From NCBI GenBank assembly GCA_964016885.1, contig OZ024740.1, positions 176,204,001 through 176,268,000 of the forward strand: 64,000 nt of DNA, written 5' to 3'. A program made the translations under genes and the position numbers. Every line of letters begins with the position of its first letter. The stretch's first letter is position 1. Below the pieces are notes generated by a model. That model was given only the letters and a program-made list of their open reading frames with translations. It made no database searches and was not told the origin of the DNA. Of the stretch, positions 27,601 through 39,568 are shown piece after piece. Source of the stretch: Eledone cirrhosa. Lineage: Eukaryota.

Positions 27601-29280
27601 TATCCAAGTGACCCAATAATCACGCATAAATCTGAAGCTGTAATCAGGGTGGAGTATCTGCAGAATTCTTGTCAGTTCTGCATAAATAATCTCATTTTCG
27701 CTAATCTTTGATATTATCATGGCATCTGCTTGGCAGTTAATTTCCACTACTGTGCATGCTTTCTTTTCCCTGTCCCATCTGGTCCCATCTGTTACGCCTG
27801 CATTTTATTTGGGTTTTTACAGGAACATTCCACCAGTACTCTTTCATATTATGTATATGGATGTCTTCCACATTGCCGAGCTTTTAATGTGTTTATTATC
27901 GGAGCTATCTTTTGTACGGATTGTATTGTACTGTATTTTGGTCACTACATCATGTGGCCGCACTTCATGCAGATAGATTTGCTCGAGAGACGGGTTCCTA
28001 CGTTTTTAGGTTCGTAGATGTTGTCGGAGGGATATGATGCGGCATTCAAATGCTGTCTGGACTGATGTTAGGCCTCTGCCTCCCTGCTTACGTTTCAAGT
28101 AAAGGCGGTCTATGTCACTGTTGATGTGGATGTTTCCGGTGTTGTCTAGTATTTTCCGAATTCTAACATCAATTGCTCGGATTTAATCTATCGTCCAATT
28201 GAGTATTCCAAAGTTGGTGTTAGGACAGGCACATCAAACACATTGTGAGCCACTGTTTTGTTTTGCGCAGAGGGTTCCGATGGCCAAATCATTCTTAATC
28301 GGGTGAGTATTCCTTGGTTACGCGTTCCTTATTACAGATACCATTATAGGATATGTTCTCATCTATCCCCAGGTATCTGTAGCAGTCCTCATCAGATATC
28401 CGTGAAACAGTTATGCCATTGATGACAATGTTGCTAGATTGGGTTGTTCTTTTTCCCGCTTTACAGTCATATATAAGCATTTATCTTGGCCAAACTCCAT
28501 TCCTATATCCTATGAGAACGGTGTAACCAGGTCAAGATTTTTCTTCATCCATGTTCTTGGCATAGAGTTTCAGATCATCAACAAAGAGATTATGGGTTAG
28601 GCTCGTATTTCTGTCCTCCTGTGAGCCGATGATTTATCCTTCACATTTCTTGAGCGGAAAGGACAAGGGGTTTAATGACAAGATGAATGATATCACAGAG
28701 AGACTGTCTCCCTGAAATATACCCCTGCAATATTTTATTTTATCAGTGAAAATAGAGTCCTCCCTCTCTGTCTTTAACCTTAGGATAGTAGCCCAAGAGG
28801 AAGACAGCCTCTCTATGGTTCTGATAATAATGTCTGGGACTTTAGAAAGTTGGAGGGCCTCTATCATCCAAAATTGGGAAACAGAATTGAAAACTTTCCT
28901 GTAGTCCAGGCAGACTGTTTCACCCCATATTTTTCTTCAAAAGGCATCTATGTCTTTCTGAGATGGGACCTCAGTGACACTTATTATTTTGCACTTCATA
29001 TCTCTATAGACTGATGTTTGGTTTCGTCTGAATCTGTTATTAAGCACTTTTCTCTCATCTCCCTTCTTCAGGTACCGGTGTTTTTCGCTAACAGCTCTCA
29101 ATTCTTGTTTGAGGGTGATCAGCTTATATTGAAGAGTTCTGGTTCTACTGTTACCAAACATCGTCTCTATTTTATTTTTCACTCTTGTTGGTAAGGAGTG
29201 AGTTTTCGTTGTATTTCTTTGCATGTAAGGAGCATTGTCACATATCCTATGGTTTTTCGTAGGTCAGCAATCTATTTTTC
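24655..29280 (-). mobile_element. Three head-to-tail 5'-truncated R4/Dong-like non-LTR copies (about 24655-25142, 25250-27215, 27228-29280)
   Basis: RT motifs RGIFQGDSLS, FVDDLK, YRYLGI; zinc-knuckle/RLE motifs YLPMRHDVVAK and HNRPDIMIWD...VVEVSCP. Shared 3' UTRs each end in (CATA)n. Confidence 0.85.
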
Positions 29281-30464
29281 TATTTTAGTTATATATGATG
29301 GTATTTTTTGTGGTGTTCTGTCCTAGTTAATATCTCTGCTATCACCAAGATAATGCTTCACTGTCAATTTTGAAACCTCATTTTGAATGTAAACTTCACG
29401 TTCCAACATTATTTAACCTTTAAAAATACAATGCAAAAACATGCGTGTAGCAAGTTACACACAAAAAACCCTGCCTCACACATACGCTACACACAGACAC
29501 AAATACAAACAACACACATGATAAACCCACTAAACTGACCATTGTGTATCTTTTTATTAAAAACATTGTGATATGTAGATCACTTCTAAGGCTAAACGTT
29601 GGTATTGAATACATACAAAAGCTGATATTATTAGCATCTCTGAAATCAGACGGTAGAGGCAACTTCATTTTCTTGTATCAGTTATTCATGAAACACAGGG
29701 AAACGCCAATCATAAAATATATTTGGGAGAAGTGTTTTCTATATCAATATAACATCTTTATTTCATGATTTTAAATTATTTTTACGCTCAAATTTGAAAC
29801 TTCTCTTCGAATGTAAACTTGACGTGTTAAAATCATTATTAAACCTTCAAGAAATATAATGAACAAACATTCGTGCAGAAAGTTGCACCGAAACACACAA
29901 ATACCCTCCCCCCAAAAGCACAAATAGAAACACACTTCCGTAAATCCAAACAAACTGTCCAATTTCTGGGTCTTTATTTAAAACATGATGATATTTAGAT
30001 CACTTCTAAGACTATCAGTTGGTATTAAATACACTAAATATTTGACATTGTCAGAAAAAAAACCTTTGTCACACTGTATCAACTATGTTATTGGAGTTCA
30101 TTCTGATCGGCGTTTCATCAATAACTGAGACAAGAAATTGTCTCAGTTATTGATGAAACACCGATCAGAACGAACTCCAATAACATAGTTGATACAATGT
30201 GACGTTTACCGAGAAGTTTTTTTCAGCTATTGACATATACTTTTCAGCCGACCCTCGTATTGCTGATTTGTTACACATAGATTTACTTATCTGAAATTGT
30301 TGTCAAAACGAATATGAAAGTTTACATCAGTGTATATAATGTATTTAACAACAGTTGTAAAATGTCTCAATTATTAGAATATCTCAATTATTAGAAAATC
30401 ATTAATGTTAATATTTGAAAGATGTATTAGTTTGTATATATTCTCTCTTTTGGCCAAAATTCAG

Positions 30465-30500
30465 TGAGCTGCTCAGATATGTTTGAAGGTATTGGAAAGT
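30465..30500 (+). CDS. Divergent orphan B-type micro-exon B': (M)SCSDMFEGIGK
   Basis: aaattcag|36 nt|gtaagt at the position homologous to B1; weakened polypyrimidine tract; no downstream C or D exon. Confidence 0.5.
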
Positions 30501-31503
30501 GTAAGTTGATATATTCTGACCACATGATTTGCGGCATAGAATTACAGCCCTTTACAGTCTGAGTTTAAATCCCGCCGAGGTTAACTTTGTCTCTCATCTT
30601 TACGGTGTCGATAAAATAAAGCACCAGTAATTCACTGGGGTAATTGCTGACCTTGTGCCAAAAGTAGAAACAATTATATTAAACTCGTCGATTTCAACGG
30701 TGCCGAGGGGACTACTGTGGATATGAGCACAAACTTCTCTTGTAGACCAAACCAAAACGAAATAATAAAGTAAAACAACATGAACAAATTGTAAAGAAAT
30801 CTCTTCACAGGACGAACATAAATACTGCATATATAGATGAGGATTTTTGCTAGATTCTCGTGCAATTTTGTAACTTAGACTTTTCATTACATTCTACATA
30901 TGTTTATTTTGAAGTCTGAGTGAATTGTTTAAAACCTAAATAGACAAAATGTTGAAGGTGTGTAACTTGCCATATATATACTGTGTTGTGTCTGCAAACA
31001 AATGGCTTTATTTAAAAACCACACGAGGAAAAATGATGCGCATGACTTTTATAAGGTTCTATGGTATATGGGGTAGTGATATCATTATTCCACAATCAAA
31101 TGTAAGAGCCTATAATCACTTAGTTAATGTAACACTCGATAAATATACAGTATTCCCACTTTATCATTCTTCTTCTTCTTCTTCTTCTTCTTCTTCTTCT
31201 TCTTGAGAAGGTCATGCGGACAGATTCCTCAAACACTCCTTCCATCGGATCCTGTTAGAAGCAACCGTCTCCAACTGATCCACCTGGATCCCTAAATGAG
31301 CCCAACCAAGTTCATGGATGTTACCCATCCATCTTGGTCGGGGTTTACCCCAAATCTCCTGTCAGTTGATGTTGCCCGTAAAATCTGTCCAGCGATTCTT
31401 TCTTGAGACGTTGGAATTACATGCCCAGAGTATCGGATCTGTGATCTCTCCCTTCGAAGTGACTCTAAAACTTCCTTTCTTGCCATTATTATTTTTTTGA
31501 AAG

Positions 31504-31687
31504 GGCGGTGGATTGGCAGTATCGGTAGAGGGTCGGACGCCATGCTTTCCAGCATAGTTACGTCCCTTTACGATCTGAGTTCAAATCCCGCCGAGGTTGA
31601 CTTTGCCTTTCATCCTTACGGGGTCGATAAAATAAAGTACCAGTAATGCACTGGGTAATTGCTGGCCTTGTGCCTAAAGTAGAAACA
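31504..31687 (+). mobile_element. tRNA-derived SINE (about 185 bp), representative full-length copy; about 20 copies between 12.6 and 60.7 kb
   Basis: A-box-like TGGCAGTATCGG, B-box GAGTTCAAATCC, central GCCTTTCATCCTTACGGGGTCGATAAAATAAAGTACCAG, 16-bp TSD attatttttttgaaag. Other copies start near 12653, 13781, 14463, 15550, 15810, 16492, 18897, 20281, 30520, 40174, 42268, 42553, 44214, 48784, 49039, 49492, 50749, 59501, 59675 (minus) and 60501. Resembles octopus OR-type SINEs from memory, not verified. Confidence 0.9.
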
Positions 31688-31746
31688 ATTATTTTTTTGA
31701 AAGATTCCACACGCAATATATTTTTTTTGTTCTTTTCTGTTTACAG

Positions 31747-31785
31747 GACATGGCTATGCACCACGAAGCTATTACCATAGACAAG
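31747..31785 (+). CDS. Micro-exon A8: (R)HGYAPRSYYHRQ
   Basis: tttacag|39 nt|gtgata. Confidence 0.75.
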
Positions 31786-32056
31786 GTGATATGATGAAAC
31801 ATGTTTTATTATATTATATATACTTCTTTAAATACATAACTCCTGAAATCAAAAGGTCGAGGAAACCTCCTTTTCTTTTATCAGTTATTCATGAAACAAA
31901 GGGAACGCCGATCAGAACGGACACAAATACCATAGTCAACATATTCTCAAGTGTGGCTAAGAGATGTGTTTTCAGCAATCACTATGATATATTCAAGAAA
32001 TATTATTTAAAATATACTTGTGTACAATCAGTTATTTCATATATACCTCGTATGTA

Positions 32057-32435
32057 TGAAATCAGATTTCATATACATGAAATACACAGAATGTATGTTA
32101 GAAATCAGATTTCATATACATGAAATACACAGAATGTATGTTAGAAATCAGATTTCATATACATGAAATACACAGAATGTATGTTAGAAATCAGATTTCA
32201 TACACATGAAATACACAGAATGTATGTTAGAAATCAGATTTCATATACATGAAATACACAGAATGTATGTTAGAAATCAGATTTCATATACATGAAATAC
32301 ACAGAATGTATGTTAGAAATCAGATTTCATATACATGAAATACACAGAATGTATGTTAGAAATCAGATTTCATATACATGAAATACACAGAATGTATGTT
32401 AGAAATCAGATTTCATATACATGAAATACACAGAA
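32057..32435. repeat. 43-bp minisatellite, about 9 copies
   Basis: Unit gaatgtatgttagaaatcagatttcatatacatgaaatacaca, head-to-tail with no spacers. Confidence 0.9.
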
Positions 32436-32602
32436 ACATTTACGTTACATTAGATACTGAAGGTGAGACATTATGTTCAACTCCCAGTAAGGTTTCAAAA
32501 GTTTGGAAAGTATTACTGATTTTTTAAAATGTTACGTATAATAGATTCCAAACGCAATATATTCTCTAAAATATATATTTCTTTATTCTTTTCTGTTTAC
32601 AG

Positions 32603-32668
32603 GCCATGGCTATGCACCACGAAACTATTACCATGGCTATGCACCACGAAACTATTACCATAGAAAAG
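32603..32668 (+). CDS. Micro-exon A9 (66 nt = 39 + 27-nt in-frame duplication): GHGYAPRNYYHGYAPRNYYHRK
   Basis: tttacag|66 nt|gtgata. Confidence 0.75.
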
Positions 32669-32770
32669 GTGATATGATGAAACATGTTTTATTATATTAT
32701 ATATACTTATTTAAATACATAACTCCTGAAATCAAAAGGTAGAGGAAACTTCATTTTCGTTTATCAGTTA

Positions 32771-35700
32771 CTAGCAGAAGGGCCCGGCGTTGCTCGGGGC
32801 TGAATTGCTTGAAAGTACTGTTAATGATTGCACTGAATTATGATTATTCAGGCAAAGATTGATATAAGTTTACGCCGAATGAATATATTTGTAAGTGTAT
32901 AGAAAGGCCTGTAAAGGGGTTCCTATCCCCTCGTAGAATGGTGTAAGAATTGAATATGAGGTTGCCTTGAAAAGGGCCATGTTATTGTTCTCATAATTGT
33001 AAGAATTTGATAGTCGTGGAAGGGGGTGTAAAACGTTCACAGGTGAATAGGGCCTCTTCGTTTTCCACGAACGGCAGCGGATGTGCTGTTACAAAACTTC
33101 ATGGTGTGTTAAAAGAGAATGGATGCCCTATGTAGGCAAGAGGGGAATTAAGTATGGGTAAGTAAATACGGGTAATTTATAAAATCTAGAACAATAGCAT
33201 TTACTCACCATATGTCAGACCGACAAGACTGTAGTGGTGCTGAATAGATGAATCACAACACGTCTGTGGTGGAGATGTTTTCATTGATCGGCGTTATGAG
33301 TAAATTTGTTGTATAAAATGATCTGTTGCTTAGTTTTGAAAGTGTATGTTGCGATCGTGTTGTCGCTGATATAAACTTTAATAGTGAGAGTGTAGATGTA
33401 GGGGTAGATGTTTCATGTACGTTGGATATAGAAGATGAGGCTGCTGGTTTGATGACGAATGGATGGAAATAGAGGTGAGTGGGGGAAGGTGTTGGTTAAG
33501 TGTGAAGTAATTTCAGGAAACGCCTAAAAATGTAAATGCCATCATAAAAGAGAGTCGTATGTAAGTGAAATACTAACGTGTTGTTCCAAAATGATGAAGC
33601 GTAGTAATCCTATAAAACCTCCTTGTACACAATGTTTTTCGTTTTTCGTTTTTCGTTGTGGAACGAACGCGAAAGCATCACTCTTGCTGCCAACACGCGA
33701 GCAGCCAACGTAAAGCTGACCATGAGAGAAACATGGCTCCCCCAAATGTATTCCCGCCACAGATAGTGTTTGACCCTGCGATTTGTTAATTGACATAGCG
33801 AAACATGGCCTTACTGGGAACTGGGACCTCCGAAATGTGAAAGGTAGGTCTGCTCCTGATGGGAAAAGATGCATCCTAGGTATGAGCACAACGTTGCCTC
33901 GACCGCACCCTGTGATAATCGTGGCCTCAATCAGATTGGGAGATAAGGACTTAACAATCAAACGTGTGCCATTGCATTGTTTCGGGGGAACCAAATTTCT
34001 AATGAGCATTATAGGGGCACCAAATTTAAGTTTGAGAATGTGTGGTGGTAGTCCGGGGGGCTCAAAGGAATTGAGTACCTCTATTGGATAGTTGATGACG
34101 TCCTCTGGGTCAGGAGTTGTATCGATAGACTTATATACATAGCCATCCCCAGGAATGAGGTTTAGCATTTGATCATTAATATGGTGAACAGTTTTATTCC
34201 TCGGGGCCAGAATAGCTCTTTGGCCAATCCAATCCATATTCTGATAATTAGCTTGTAGATCTGGGAACACTGCATCTGTGAGATCAGAAGGCGTATTAAC
34301 AATGGTACAAATGGAATCGATGGCAATATTACCATTTTCATCCCCGGTTATTTTGCCTTCGCCAAGTGCAAGGAGGGTGTGAGAAAATGCTGCTGATGTG
34401 ATATCACGTCGCATATGAGCACGCATGTTAGTGTTAAGTTTGAGAGTGTTCACCAGTGACCACAATGTGGATGACTTAAGACACGCACTTACTGCATCAG
34501 CTCTAGTCCCTTTGGGAATAACGGCAATTGTTTGCCGGAAGTCCCCTGAAAGAAGAAGTGTTATGCCTCCCATGGGAGCTGTAGAGTGTTTGATGTCTCT
34601 GAGTGATCTATCTAGTGCCTCAAGAGCACCTCTGTGGGCCATCGTGCATTCATCCCAAACGATAAGCTTGCATCGTCTGAAGACTTCTGCCTGATCGGAG
34701 CTGTTACTGATGTTGCAAGTTGGTGTCTCAGTCTTCGCTAAGTCAAGCGGGAGCTTGAAAGTGGAGTGAGCTGTCCTGCCGCCTGGCAACAAAGTAGCCG
34801 CAATTCCAGATGATGCCACAGCTAGGGCAATGCCTTGTGTTCGCCTAATCTCAGTCAATATTAATTTGTTGACAAAAGTTTTCCCAGTGCCCCCAGGAGC
34901 GTCCAGGAAAAAATCCCCCCAGCTTTGGCCCGGACTGAATTAACAACGGAGTTGTAAGCGAACTTCTGTTCTGGAAGTAGCTTTGGCTCATTCTCGGCTA
35001 TGTACTGTGCAAGCTTGTCAACATTAAAACATGTCTCACGCAGCAAATCTGAAGACAGAGTGTTTGTGCGTTCCCGGTTTGTTGAAGGTACCGCCAAGGC
35101 ACTACCGCCCATATCAAGTACAGTATCTTCGATTTCAAGCAGCGCCCTGTTGTAAATGAGGTCACTGTACCCAACCTCCATTGATGGATGTAGCCATTGA
35201 GCGTGACGCAGGAAATCTTCAGACATATAATCTTTGTAGGTAAGCCATAAAGAGGCAGGATCAGCCAAGTCACACCATAGGAGTAGAATAGCGAAAAGCG
35301 ATCTGATTTTTTTAGGAGATTTTAACGAAACACCCTCCTCCATAGTGGCGCCCCATTGTGAATCGTCCTCCAAAAGTCCACGCCGAAAGCAGGCTTCGCG
35401 GAAAGTATCACATAATACACCGTCAACAGTTCTGATGTCTTGAACACTTTGTGGGCCTAAAACCTCATGGAGTAGAAGGCGCAGGTGAAAACACGTTGGT
35501 TTTGGAGGTACAGTGTACACTCTTCCTAGACAACTGTTAAACTTGACACCAGGATGTCCTTCAACATCCTGACCCGACTTCCTACGCACCCAATTGTTGT
35601 TTGACCTCACGTAGTAGGACGGGACCTGAGGGTATAAAAGTGTTTTGGCAAATGTGTCAATTTGGCAAAGCCTAAAGAAACCGGTCAAAGTTGTTTGTTT

Positions 35701-38700
35701 TGGATTTGCCGCCAATTGAGCAGCAGTCTCTTCAGTAAAGTAAGCTCGCTGGCCATTTTCCAAATGAACCGCTAGTTGTATGATGGCGGGGTGCCTTTGG
35801 TGAAGCGGAAACCCGAATATCCGCCAAAAAGCTTCACCACTGCTTATGTATCAACCTGCCAAGTACTCCGACACCTCGTCCATGCTATTGTCCTTTTGAA
35901 GGCCGAACATGGCAGCGTCAGAACCCTTGTTAATATATTTACATATATACTTTATAGACTTTACTGAATGACAGAACTCCACATTTATATGAGCGTTAAA
36001 TGTTTTCATCAGAAATGGACAGTACGGGACTACCCACCTATTATCCCCTTGATGACCCCGTAACGTCATAGTGAATCCACCATTGTCAGGGTGCCTTCGT
36101 CTGTACAGTGGGTATCCGTCGCGACCGGTCTGGGTCTCCTCCACGAACCTCTTTGGGTATCGTTTAGTGCACACATGGTTTTTGTGGCACGAGGAGAACT
36201 TTTGAAAACCGGGACCGCACGGACCGTGCACCATGTGTGCCTTCACAATGTCGTACAGCTGCCGGTCAACAGTTGGGTCCGGGATTTCTGCTGCGATGAT
36301 GTCATCAAGAACTGTCGGGTCTATTTTGTTGACCAACCAAAGCAAAATGTGCGCATGTGGCAACCCTCTTTTCTGCCACTCAACAGTATACATGTGGCAC
36401 TTAACAGGCCCAAAAACCTGCCCTTTTTTTAATTAAATCAATGAGCTTAGCGAGTTTCTGCCTGAAAACCCTTGTAATAATATCATGGCGATGGCAGTAC
36501 TGCTGCCCTGGGAGAAATTCTCGCGTTACCTCAAGCCACTTTGGGTTACATGTAAAGGTGATGAATAAATCGGGTCGCCCATAATGCCGAACGTAAGTCA
36601 TAGCGTCTTGTGTTCGCTCGTGCATGTACCATGGGCCCCCTGTATAGGTTGAGGGGAGAATACACATCTTGCCGATGTTGCGGGCGTCAGTGTCATTCCT
36701 GATGCCGTCACGCAAATGTATGTAGGAGTCTGAGCGCAGCTGCTTCTGATTCAATTTGATGAAGCACAGTCTCTCGGACTCCATCTTTGCAGCCATGTCA
36801 ACTGCAAACTGGTGAAACAGTTCCCGTGAGCTGTGCAGAGGGCTAAAATCATTATGCCTTCTCATGAAGCGGTATGAGTAGAAAGCCATACATGAAACAA
36901 TTTTAGATGTCGCAGCAGTGGGCTCGTTTGGTTCGTGGTGAGGAATGCTGAAATGGTACCCGTCTTCTCCGTACGGAAAAAGAAGGGGATACTGCAGGGC
37001 GTCATATGAACGATGCGTTTCATTAATACGTTGAAGACCACTGTCGCGGCTTTGAAGAACTATGTCTCGCTTATTGTGCTGTCCACCATGGAGAACTATG
37101 GCCACTTCATTGCACGAAGGAGCGTTATATCGGCGTGCGTACTCCCCAGAAGGTCTTTTGTCAGCATCGATGACAATGGTGAAGTTTGGTGAAGGGGCTG
37201 TTTCGAAGGCGTATTTGAAACTGCGAATGTAGCTGTTGTGCTCATGAAGCATGTTTTGCAGACTGAGCAGCACGTCCCTGTCAAAATTGTCAGCGTCAGT
37301 GTTTGCAGGGGGTGGAATAACGCCGAAACGCACATCAATTTGCGTATTGTAGTTTGAAATGAAGTAAATTTGAAGGAACGAAGATTTGGAATTTTGTAGT
37401 GGCTGAAGTGACCCAATAAGGTGGTACACCTGGCTCTGGACCTTGAAAGTAGGCATCCAACCAGTTTCTCTGACAACGTTAGCCCCGAAAGAAGTCATCT
37501 GAAATGCACAATTGTACTTCCTGATGAGTTGAAGGAATTGTGATGACCTTGAGGTCGAACCAGTAAGTAATTCCTTCAAAGGGTCTGGCAGCTCCCGAAG
37601 AGGGGGCAAGCTGACCTTACCGTTTAAGCAGCACATTGCAGGTGGTTCCCCAGCCCACTTTTTAGCATTGCAGAATTTGCAATTGAAGCACATTTCCCCA
37701 ATATTTACGTCGGCGCTCATTGAGTAATTGGAGTTGGGCTCATACTTGAAAGCCCGTAGATGCCAGTAAGGGCTGTGTGAACTCGTCAGACCGCGGGTAG
37801 CCTCGCGCCGTCGACTGTTCCGCTGGAATGTAGAACGTTGCTGGTCTGAGTCGTGGGAAGGTGTCGCATCAGTAGCAGAAGCGACGTTTGCAATGGTAAT
37901 GGACCGGCCGTCTACATCTTGAGAAGGCATGGAAGCAGTGAAAGCCGCCTCGTTCCTATGAAGGTGAGTGGTCGGTAGTTCGAATGTTCCGAAAATCTTG
38001 AAGCAGCAGTAACCGCAGCGTTTTTAGCCAGTCGAGTGGCCCTTTGTTGTGGGCCCTCTGAAGCCCTTGAATCAGCAGTAGCAGCAGCCTTTCTAGCCAT
38101 GCGATTCGACCTTGTTTCCGGACGCTCTGAAGCCCTGTAAGCAGCATCGTATGAAGCCTTTTTTGCTCGGCGTGCGTTGCGCTGTTGGAAAGTTTCAGCA
38201 GCTCGTGATTCCGCTGAACGTAAAGCGCTCTGTGAAAGTCTGAAATTCTTTTTTTCGGAGGACTCGTTTGCGGTAATCGCCTTTTGCACGGCTGCTGCTG
38301 CCGTATGGCGGCCGAGGCGACTTCTCTTTTTCGGTGGCATTTTATGTGAAAAATAAAGGGTGAAAGTTACTTAAAGATAGAAATTGTAATGTGAATGAAA
38401 TGTGGAAACATTTTGACATTGGAAGGAAAAGAAACAAATATTTGGAGTTGAAAGAAATTGTTTAGGTAAGTATAGCGACAGAGTGTGTAAAGTGTATTGA
38501 AACGTGAGTTAAAAGAAAGAAAATGAAGTGAGATTTGTAAGACAGGAAGTTGTTTACGTACATGTGAAAATATTTGTGTAAAGTGTATAGAAACGTAAAT
38601 TGAAACAAATAAAATGAACTTACATTTTTAAGAAAGGAATTTTTTTACGTACATGTTGCAAATGGCAAATGTTTGTGGTTATAAATCCCGCACGTTGTTT

Positions 38701-39134
38701 AATTGAAGTGAGTGTGTGTTTGTCTGCGTTTGGAAATAAATCAGTAATTTTGAAGTATAAAAGAGAAAGTAGCAAAATGTGTGGGTTGTAGATAGAGGAG
38801 GAAAGCAGATGATATTATAGAGTAAAACGGACAGTATCACTATCAAGCTTCGAAAGAGAAAGTAGCAGAAAGTATGAAGTTGTATAGATTTTTAATGGTA
38901 GTGGAAAGAGTTTAGCAGTTTAAATGACAGTTTAAATGACAGAGAAAAATCGTAAAATATTGAGTTTTATCTATTTTTTGCGTAATGGTGGGTGAAATTG
39001 AAAAAATGATCTGTGTCAAGACACAATCGAAACTATTTCATATACTGAATGGTAAATTTCAATTGAAGAAATTCTATATCGTAGATTTCTATAACGAAGG
39101 AGCTTGGCCACACACTGAGCTTTATAGATTATGA
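32771..39134 (-). mobile_element. Full-length autonomous-type Helitron
   Basis: Minus strand reads A|TCATAATC...CCCGAGCAACGCCGGGCCCTTCTGCTAG|T: 5' TC, 3' hairpin + CTAG, inserted between A and T with no TSD. The empty site ttatcagtta|ttcatgaaac is seen in paralogous introns (e.g. near 31880). Confidence 0.95.
33542..38340 (-). pseudogene. Helitron RepHel (HUH Rep + PIF1 helicase) split into five ORF pieces by frameshifts
   Basis: PDLFITFTCNPKW, VEWQKRGLPHAHILLW, KYICKYINKG, IVWDECTM, GDFRQ, FAMSINKSQGQTL, FSHGQLYVGCSRV. Confidence 0.92.
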
Positions 39135-39496
39135 TTCATGAAACAAAGGGAACGGACACAAATACTATAGTCTCAAGTGTGACTCGGAGATGAATTTTCA
39201 TCAATCACTATCATATATTCAATAAATATTATTTACAATATACCTGTGTACAATCAGTTATTTCATACATACCCCATATTGGGAACGCACTGTTAGAAAT
39301 CAGATTTCATATACATAAAATACACAGAAACATTTACGTTATATTAGATACTGAAGGTGAGAGGTTATGTTCAAGTCCCAGTGAGGTTTCAAACGTTTGG
39401 AAAGTATTACTGATTTTTTAAAATGCTACGTATAATAGATTCCAAACGCAATATATTTTCTAAAATATATATTTCTTTATTCTTTTCTGTTTACAG

Positions 39497-39535
39497 TACA
39501 TGGCTATGTACGACGAAAATATTACCATGTAATAG
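39497..39535 (+). CDS. Micro-exon A10: VHGYVRRKYYHVI
   Basis: tttacag|39 nt|gtgata. Confidence 0.7.
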
Positions 39536-39568
39536 GTGATATGAGGAAACATGCTTTATTATATTATA

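Noticed and set aside
31504-31605. tRNA gene
   Set aside because: The A/B boxes belong to a multi-copy SINE with TSDs; no complete cloverleaf is evident.
32057-32435. CRISPR-like periodicity
   Set aside because: Head-to-tail identical units with no unique spacers, no cas genes, eukaryotic context.
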